64,000 nt of DNA from Octopus vulgaris (Eukaryota), in contig OX597818.1 in the NCBI GenBank assembly GCA_951406725.2, positions 17,422,001 to 17,486,000 on the forward strand, read 5' to 3'. Below the pieces are notes generated by a model, which made no database searches, was not told where the DNA came from, and worked only from the letters and a program-made list of their open reading frames with translations. The translations under genes were made by a program, and so were the position numbers. Shown here piece after piece: positions 55,144-64,000 of this stretch; position 1 is the first letter of the stretch, and every line of letters begins with the position of its first letter.

Positions 55144-56283
55144 TTTTTGTTAGAATGGAACCGATATATCAAGTCAATCCAGACTCTTACAAACGCTACA
55201 CCTTTAAAAAATGGACTTGTTTGGTTGTCCCTTTAGAAATAACGGTCAATCTTCGAGCGATAAACAAAAAATGAGCTCAAAAATATATATGTATATATAT
55301 ATATATAAAAATTATAAAAATTATAAAATTCGAGGAAAAACCTTACATTGAATAAAATACATATTGACGTTAATGAAGGAAATATAATTAATACATGGAA
55401 ATTAAAATGTATTATAAATATTACACTGCAATACATATTCATATTAAAGTGTACATATATATATCAACATACACAGAAGGATGCATGCAAACGCCATACA
55501 TATACAGACGTATAAATATAAATATAAAATATACACACAAATGCATGCATACATATGTATACGCAATCTATCTCGCACGCAAGTTAAAATCATGGATGCT
55601 AATGTAGCGTTCCTTAAAGTAAGTGAGGGGGACGTAAAGTTGTACGCACCAGTATCAGTTAGAGAAAAAACGAAAGAAAGGAAGAGAGAGAAAAGGAACA
55701 AAGAAGGGGGAAGGAAAAAAGAAAAAGGAGGGGTGGGGAAAAACGAAATAAGAAAAATTATTATACAAGCTGTGTAACCACGTTATTGACATATAGAGAG
55801 AGACAAGTATACAAACACACAAGTTCAAATGGATACATACACATACAGTCGTGTACGTGTGTGCTTAAGCACAAACATACGCTCACTTACACATACACAG
55901 AGACGCATGCTTACAAATACATATCCATGGCTATACACATATTTATATCAAAATTCTAATTGTTGACAACATTGCTTTTTTAAAAAAATGGTGAGTGCAA
56001 TAATGAAAAATATACGAAAGACATATAAAATATAACACCCTATTTTGGATCATCTATAAATTAAAAATCAAAGTAATCCTATACAATAACATGAAACAAA
56101 CAAAGCCGAAGGTTTTTCCTAAGGTATATGTGGAAATATAAACAAAATAAACAAAACATATGCATGAGACTTTGCTATACGGAATGAAATCTGCATAGCG
56201 CGAAACAAATCCATCGTCGCGTTTACATACTAGTCCAAGAGTCAAAATCAAAATTTCAAAAATCAAAATACAAAATATATACT

Positions 56284-56925
56284 CTATCCATATGGTATAT
56301 TTATATTTGACATTTTAAATTTGGTTGCGTGTCTACATAAGTTCATCAGCTCACTTCTTTGATTCAAAGAATTATTGTCTTTGAATAAAATATACAGCTT
56401 CTCTAATAGGCAAAGATTGCATTTAAAATTATTCCTGTGTGCTCCATGCCTGTATGGTGCCGCTCTGTCCAGAATGCTCCATGTCACGTTGAAAGGTGGG
56501 GTTTCCTTTTCTTTTAGTTCCCAGACATATTTTGCTAGGCTGGTCCTCTTCCTATTCTCTGGGTATCTAAATGAATTTTTATGCGAATAAAATCGTGTTT
56601 TAAACGAATTTTCTGCAGCCCCTGTATTTGTCTTGTATTCCGATGAGCCTTCTATTTGTACCTTGGCTCTATAAACTACTCCTTTTACTAGACATTTCCC
56701 TTCTAATGGACAGGAGTTTTCATTTTTGAAATTGCATCTCTTAATTGGCTCGGCACCATGTTTAATCTCAATCAGATTCCTATTATGCTGGCTAATGTAA
56801 GAGGCGAAATTTCTGCAACAAGAATAGCTAACCTTCAGGGTTCTTCTATTAAATATCCTATAGAATTTATGGCCCTACTTAAAATGCTTAGAGACTAATC
56901 TCAAAAATCCCTTACCTATATTAGT

Positions 56926-56928
<3 letters not shown>
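56284..56928 (-). pseudogene. PLE ORF C-terminus (RT thumb, Cys motif, GIY-YIG endonuclease)
   Basis: KTNIGKGFL...*...IFNRRTLKVSYSC...CPLEGKCLVKGVVYRA...FKTRFYSHKNSF...WSIL...CNLCLLEK...LNQRSELMNLCRH; one in-frame stop. Confidence 0.9.
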
Positions 56929-56983
<55 letters not shown>

Positions 56984-57159
56984 GACGGGCTTCTTTCAGT
57001 TTCCATCTACCAAATCCACTCACAAGGCTTTGGTCGGCCCGAGGCTATAGCAGAAGACACTTGCCCAAGGTGCCACGCAGTGGGACTGAACCCGGAGCCA
57101 TGTGGTTGGTAAACAAGCTACTTACCACACAGCCACTCCTACGCCTACAGTTGAACAGA

Positions 57160-57480
57160 TCGACCCATGTACTTATCTTTAAGTCTGCTAATTGTTCTAC
57201 CGGTCTCTTTCGCCGAATTGCTAAGTCATGGAGACGTAAACAAACCAGTACTGGTTGCCAGACAGTGGGGAAACAAACACGCGCGCGCTTACAAACACAA
57301 ACACAAACACACATATATATATATTTGACGGGCTTCCACAGTTTCCGTGTGTCAAATACACTAACAAGGCATTGGTCGACCAAAAGCAATAATAGAAGAC
57401 ACTTGCCCCAGGTGCCGCGCAGTGGGACTGAACCTACAACCACTTGGTTGCCAACCGAGCCTCTTTAACCACACACCTAT
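57160..57480 (-). mobile_element. SINE family A (older copy)
   Basis: Diverged match to family A. Confidence 0.75.
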
Positions 57481-57871
57481 GCCTTGTAATCTTTTACTGT
57501 CGCCATTTTGATCCACTTTTTTACACTTTATAACCATCCACATCCAAGTTTATATCTTGATGCATTCATTTCCACATGATTCTCTTTGAGTTGATTCCAA
57601 GTTTTTGTTTACGCTTTTAACCTAGTAATGCCTTTGTTTCTAAATAAAACAAATTTTGCTTTCAGCAAATTTTGTTGTTTGCCCATATTCATATTATCTA
57701 TATGACAATACGGAAAAGACAAGCCTATTATTTTAACATATGCACGTTTTATACTAATTTCTTTGTACGTCTTATCTAGTCTAAAGATTCTTTGCACGAA
57801 AATTTAGAGGCAAAATTCAACCAAATATATTAATTTCTAGGTCATCTTTAATACGTGCGCATGTATGAATC

Positions 57872-57905
<34 letters not shown>

Positions 57906-58213
57906 TGTATGTATGTATTTTGTATGTATATATATATAGTATGTATGTATGTATATATATGTGTATATATATATATATATATGTGTGTGTGAGTGTGTGT
58001 GTGTGTATGTGTATGTATACACACACACATATGTGTGTGTGCATGTGTGTATGTATGTATATATACATATATATATGTATGTATGTAGGTATATATAGGT
58101 GTATATATATATATATGTATATATATATACATATATCACATATATAGAGAGAGTGAGAGGGCGAAAGACAGACAGACAGACAAACAGAAATATATATGTA
58201 CATACATATATAC

Positions 58214-58414
<201 letters not shown>

Positions 58415-58795
58415 TAGCTGAAATTTACAAAGAAACAAAAGACGAAGACAGGTGTATGAACAACGTGCAGGTGTATTAGTATGATGCTCGGGAAAGTGAA
58501 AGAGTCTTTTACTTTTCGAGCCAAACACACCAAACACGCACACACCGAGGCATGCATGCATACGTTCGTATGTACGTACGTACAGATGTGTGTGTACGTG
58601 TGTTTGTGTGTGTAGGAATAGATCGATAGATAGCAACAGACCGACAGAAGAACAGAGAGGGATACATACATGTACGTGTGTACATATATATATGTATGAA
58701 GGGAAAGTTTACGAAAATAAACAAAAGATGAAGGCAGGTGGAGTACAAACAAACAAATGTATTAGTATGGCGCTCAGGAATAGAAATAGAAAAAG

Positions 58796-58833
58796 TCTTT
58801 TACGTTTCGAGCCTGCGCTCTTCGACAGAAAGA
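58796..58833 (-). ncRNA. Ultra-minimal hammerhead-like motif with variant core
   Basis: Minus: tcttt CTGTCGA a gagc-gcag-gctc GAAA cg TA aaaga; partial tandem copy near 58505-58522. Confidence 0.55.
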
Positions 58834-59197
58834 TACACAGAAAAAAAAACAAGGAGAGAAAAAAATGCGTGTAGGAGCTAACGATCTATCATGGCGTCCT
58901 GACTTATATATATGTATGTACGTACGTATGTATGTATGTATGTATGTATGTATGTATGTATGTATGTATGTATGTATGTATGTATGTATGTATGTATGTA
59001 TGTATGTATGTATGTATGTATGTATGTATGTATACGTCTGTGTGTGTATACATATATACATACATACATACATATCATTTTCACTAACAACAATCTGTAA
59101 TGAATATTGTTATCTGAAGATCTATGGGTCACGTGTTAATCTTTTTGTAAATCTTTAATTTTATTAGCTGGGATACCAAGTCGTAGTTTGTCTAGAA

Positions 59198-59552
59198 TAG
59201 GGGTCACCAAACTATGGCTGGCAGACCAGACCCGGCTCGCGAAGTCAATTCATCCGGTCCGCCGCCGCCGTACTGTACCTTTTGTGTAAGCACCTGCAAT
59301 GAGAATTCATTTGCCTCTGGTATGACATCAGTGTTTGGAAAAATCTTATGAGTCAGCATCGGATGAGGTTGACTGATGAACATTTGAAAGCAATTCTATT
59401 GGTTGGTTTGCAGCAATTCCAAGGCAAATATTGATGATATCTTAAAAGCTAAACACCAGTTTCAAAAATCCCACTAACGTTTTTTGTTCTCTCAGCGCTT
59501 GTTGTTCTCTCAGTTATCTGGCCCGCTGTGAAAAGAAGTTTGGTGATCCCTG
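59198..59552 (+). mobile_element. hAT (Charlie/Buster/SPIN-type) deletion derivative
   Basis: TIRs taggggtcaccaaact / agtttggtgatccctg, perfect TSD gtctagaa, internal HRMRLTDEHLKAIL...QFQKSH* transposase end. Confidence 0.93.
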
Positions 59553-59719
59553 GTCTAGAATGAATTCTTCTCAAACCGAGCGTTGGTTCGTTCTTGGGAT
59601 GCTTTGAGCTCTTTAGAGAGCCCTATATGCCAAAGGACTGCTAAGAAAGCATCAAGTGTTTCGAGAGTTCCTGAATGTTTTAGAAATAAAATATTCAAGC
59701 TAAGAAACAATTCTTTCGT

Positions 59720-59935
59720 TGTTTTACTTGCTTCAATCACTTGACTGCGGCCATGCTGGAGCACCACCTTAAATGGTTTTAGTCGAAGAAATCGACTTCA
59801 GGACTTATTCTTTGTAAGCCTAGTACTTATTCTATCAATCACTTTTGCCATACCGCTAAATCACAGGGACGTAAACACACCAGCATCGGTTGTCAAGCAA
59901 TGGCACGGGAACTAACACAGACACACACATAAGTG
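59720..59935 (-). mobile_element. SINE family A, 3' half
   Basis: Reverse-complement tail. Confidence 0.8.
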
Positions 59936-59972
59936 TGTGTGTATATATATATATAAACATACATACGTGTAC

Positions 59973-60012
<40 letters not shown>

Positions 60013-60089
60013 ATTTAAGAAATAAAATATATGCATACATACATACATATATGTACATACTACATCTATATGTATATATACATGCATAT

Positions 60090-60720
60090 ATGGGTACAGG
60101 ACACCACAAAAAACGTAGAACACAACGAGAAACGAAAACATAAAAACAAAACAAGGAAACGGACTTTTTTTTAACAACGAAAAAACAGAGTACAAGACAT
60201 ACAACACAAGGAACATTCCCCTTCTTCAGCTGCCCCTGTTGCGACTTATTGCGTGTTTCGAAGGTAAGGGCAGGACATGACTACATTGAAACAATCCTTC
60301 CCGCAAAGCAAATTAAATAAAAAAAATTTTGCGGAGGGCTAAAAAAAGGTGACAAGAACAGGACAGTAAAAGCAATACAAATAAAGATAAAAACAGTACA
60401 AATAAAGATAAAAACAGCAAAAGACAGGACAAGGAGAAACAACAATAAGGGCTTTTTTAAGCCTAGAAGGTGGAAAAATTCATTCGAATGCAATCTGAAG
60501 AACGGCTTACGAGGACAGGAGAAGCCGTTGTTGACTTGTTGAAAGCAGTAGTCAGAAAGAAAGTTAGTAGCCCTCTGGTCAGCGACGAGAGGGAGGAAGA
60601 GGAGTGAGAGAGAGAGGGAACGGTAAAAGGGAGAGAAGAAACCAGAAAGGGTGAAAAATAAGAGAGGGAGACAGGTAGAGAGGAAGACAGACAGGCAGTA
60701 AAATGCCATTGAGTGAGTGG
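60090..60720 (-). mobile_element. Possible PLE 3'-end relic
   Basis: FFRLHS...LLGLK weakly resembles the GIY-YIG C-terminal IF.L...P.GLN motif; T-rich UTR ending at a TA tract. Confidence 0.4.
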
Positions 60721-61189
60721 GAGCACTGAGTCACATAAGCTTAAGAACCACTATTTTAAATCCACCCTACCTACTCAGGTTTTACCCACTGTAACAGTGG
60801 TGTAGAGTGAGTTTTCGCTGCCCGGTGCCGTAACCAAATTCGTCACCAACTTCTTTAAATGTAACTTCACTTCGACAACAAATACATGCGTATACAGTAT
60901 CCACACTGTGCGGTTTGCACAACCCGCAAATCCAACACCTTACCTCTGAGCTATATTTTTAACAGCATAATTTCCATTAAACATAATTAATAAAACCTCC
61001 ACACACACACAGAACCGGTAGCTTACAATTACACCCTGTTGGTTTCGCACATCTATCAATAAAATTACTTTCTCTTAACCCAGTTTCTGGTCATTATGGT
61101 TTATTTTTTACAAATTTCACTCACCTGTTGTTTTGTGTAATTGACTTGAATTATTCCCAGGAAAATCAAAGCTTTAAAAATCTAATAAT

Positions 61190-61390
61190 GGTTTCCATTT
61201 TAGGCGCAAGGTCAGAAAATTTTGAGTTGAGGCAATTATTCTGTATCTTCGACCGCGGTACTTGACTAATAATTTATTTTATCGACCCCAAAAGAATAAA
61301 AGACAAAGTTGATCTCGGCGGGGTTTGAACTCAGAACATAAAGAGCCGGAACAAATACTGCATGACATTTCTTCCGACGATCTAACGCAT
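61190..61390 (-). mobile_element. SINE family B (diverged)
   Basis: Core match. Confidence 0.7.
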
Positions 61391-61769
61391 AACTGCTCTT
61401 AGTAACAGAAATTTTAGGTAAATATTTTATTGACGATACTATCTTGTATAAGGGGCAATGTTTTGTGTTTATTTCGTTTACTTGCTGTGTCTGGAGGTAT
61501 GGTCAGTGTTCAGGGCCATCGTAGGCTCTCCTAAACAATTGAGATTGACGCCATTCATGTTCCTCTAGAGACTCTGGCAGTCTGAAGAGAAGGCCAGTCG
61601 TTGACATACAGTTCTAACTATTTCTGTCTGCAGGAAATATTGAGGTGACTTTTAACTGAAACTCAGGCTGGTGTACTGCAACGCACAGAATCACAGGATT
61701 TTAAAGACCTCAACCAATGACCTCCACCAGTATTTTGGTATTATAATAAACTAAAAGTACTGTGTACAG

Positions 61770-62260
61770 TAGTGTGTATTGTCACTTATTTTCATAATTT
61801 TTATGAACTGGATTGACACATGCAGCCATTGTGAAAGTGGTATTATTACAATCAGTAAGTGTAGAATCGGTCGGTTAATATTTACAGACGACATGATACT
61901 ACTTAGTTCATCAGAAGATAACCTCCAGCGTGTAGTGAATAAGTTCGCTGGAATAGAGGGCGGAGAAGATGTATGGATAACAAAAGACTTCCATTGTATT
62001 CAGTAAACTGAGTAAAAATATGGAAATCATGTGTTTGCTCCGGAACAGTAATATCGTTTTTACAGCCTACAGATCAAGGAATACAAACCTATTCACTACA
62101 CGCTGGAGGTTATCTCCTGATGAGCTAAGTAGCACCATGTCGTCTGCAAAAATCAACCGACCGATCCTACACTTAGTGGCTGGAATACCACTTTCACAAT
62201 GGCTGCGTGTGTCAATCCAGTTCATAAAAATTATGAAAAGAAATGACAATACACACTGTG
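61770..62260. pseudogene. Inverted pair of RTE-like RT fragments
   Basis: LIFIIFMNWID...LIFTDDMILL (+) and LFIIFMNWID...LIFADDMVLL (-). Confidence 0.8.
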
Positions 62261-63345
62261 TAACGCAATTTTTATCCTTGGATAACAACTGTTATTTCCT
62301 ATTTGCTATACCCCTAGAAAATATGAAGAATGGCTATTTCCTTAAAACTTTGCTTTTCTTACATTTAGTCAAACCCTAAAAAATCCCTCTCAACATATGG
62401 CTATGATGCGCCCCCACTACTCCTGCTCATGATAAGAGATGCATATATTGCCAGGCACTAAGGGACATGTTCAAGTGGTTAAGATCAAGCAACTGACAAG
62501 GGAATGTGTGATATTGTGCAGAATACTCAGCGACGAATCTGTTTGAAATTTAATGGAAAATAGATCAGTTTCAAAACATTGATGTCCAGGTTACGAAAGC
62601 AAAGCTTGAAGGGATTAGTAGTCATTTCCTTTGATTTCTAGATAGAAACAAATAGGAAAAAATACTTACTGACCAAAATAAAATAATACCAAAAATGAAA
62701 TTAAAACTTTGTTACAAAGTGTAGTTCATTTTAAGGTTGTTGTTTATTTTTTCCAGAATCTTTGCGCAAACAATTGCAAACAATTACAACAGGAGAAAAT
62801 GCAATTTTATGGGTTAAAGTTTTGAAATATCTTTTATATTACAAAAGATGTCATTGAAAATATTCATGAATCAAAGAAGATGACATCAAGCAACACGCGA
62901 GTTGTTTGACGTATTTTACCGCACTGTGCTTTTTTTATATGCGCTACAGAAAAGCATAATATTTCATTTCTAATTTTAAAATTCTATTGTTGAATGATAA
63001 TTTTAAAAGTAGTTGAACGGTGCACGTCAATCAGTTGAGTGACCTTTCCTTGGATGCGATGTCAGATTTTTGTGTATGTAGCCGCAGTAACGTCCAAGTT
63101 CTGTAAGCAACACTCCATTGTGGGTTTCATATGAACTTAATAGAAGGTTAGTATTTGATGAGGGTTGAAGTATGTTCAGGCTCCGGAGAAGAAAGCCAGT
63201 CTCCGGAGAAGAAAGCCAGGTACCTTGTAGATGTAGGTAGAGTCTACCTACTAGTGAATAACATAGTCAGCTGATAATATTTAGCTGAATAACTGATCAT
63301 TTCGTTAACTTGGTGTATTGATTTCATACCCTACCTTTTTCCTTT

Positions 63346-63727
63346 GGCACTCCGTCGGTTACGACGACGAGGGTTCCAGTTGATCCGATCAACGGAACAG
63401 CCTGCTCGTGAAATTAACGTGCAAGTGGCTGAGCACTCCACAGACACGCGTACCCTTAACGTAGTCCTCGGGGAGATTCAGCATGACACAGAGTGTGACA
63501 AGGCTGGCTTTTTGAAATACACGTACAACAGAAACAGGGAGAAAGAGTGAGAGAAAGTTGTGGTGAAAGAATACAGCAGGGTTCGCCACCTACCCGCTGC
63601 CGGAGCGTCGTGGAGTTTTAGGTGTTTTCGCTCAATAAACACTCACAACGCCCGGTCTTGGCATCGAAACCGCGATCCTACGACCACGAGTCCGTTGCCC
63701 TAACCACTGGGCCATTGCGCCTCCACC
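63346..63727 (-). mobile_element. Chimeric SINE: family D head with family C tail
   Basis: 63535-63727 matches the 5' part of 21149-21455; 63346-63520 matches the 3' part of 15345-15668. Confidence 0.88.
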
Positions 63728-63901
63728 GTACACTACCAATTCACCAAAAATATACAACACCTTCATCTCCCCCAACAAACACCACTGCCAGCATCATTCC
63801 CACAATCATCATCCGTAACAAAAAGCTGAATACAAAGCACCAAGAACAGGGGAATCTTTCTCGATCACTTGCTCCATTACTTATGAAAAAAAAAGGAACT
63901 G

Positions 63902-64000
63902 GCGCTCCGTTGGTTATGACGTCTAGTATCCCAGTTGATCCGATCAACGGAACAGCCTGCTCATGAAATTAACATGCAGGTGGCTGAGCACTCCACAGAA
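63902..64000 (-). mobile_element. SINE family C-type tail (cut by window end)
   Basis: cagttgatccgatcaacggaacagcctgctc. Confidence 0.8.

Larger units (their letters stand above)
55072..56928 (-). mobile_element. 5'-truncated Penelope-like element (GIY-YIG EN, 3' UTR, HHR)
   Basis: ORF relic at 56284-56928 and HHR near the 3' end. Confidence 0.88.
54770..57147 (-). mobile_element. SINE family A split by a 1.85-kb PLE inserted in its (TA)n
   Basis: Tail 54770-55020, head 56982-57147, (TA)n on both sides of the insert. Confidence 0.85.

Noticed and set aside
57480-57800. Possible host exon (ORF 57609-57797)
   Set aside because: No recognisable domain or splice support; may be a very old pogo-type relic
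59373-59392. CTGATGA...GAAA hammerhead-like words
   Set aside because: No stems I/III; the sequence encodes hAT transposase TDEHLK
63180-63220. 20-bp tandem duplication ctccggagaagaaagccag
   Set aside because: Isolated local duplication; nothing supports a function

Overview
Eukaryotic, AT-rich, microsatellite-saturated intergenic or intronic DNA. I found no host exon, rRNA, tRNA or CRISPR. The SINE families look like those of octopus (inference from recalled repeat families, not a search). Almost all ORF-track entries are translations of simple repeats. The real coding signals are transposon relics: a CR1/L2-group LINE with an open RT frame (29.3-31.3 kb); Tx1, RTE and restriction-like-endonuclease LINE fragments; Penelope-like elements (PLEs: RT and GIY-YIG relics); a Helitron RepHel relic; Tigger and mariner transposases; and hAT and Merlin-like MITEs. 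The most interesting signal is RNA-level. At least eight hammerhead-ribozyme (HHR) motifs of about five sequence types occur, mostly minimal type I with a palindromic loop 3. Four of them sit in two head-to-head inverted pairs at 11.3-14.1 kb, and several have non-canonical cores or large stem-II insertions. The PLE/HHR units repeatedly lie inside the internal (TA)n tract of one SINE family. A perfect 1-kb palindrome centred on (TA)n at 12.65-13.7 kb is probably an assembly fold-back. Repeat boundaries were read by eye and are approximate unless a TSD is quoted.
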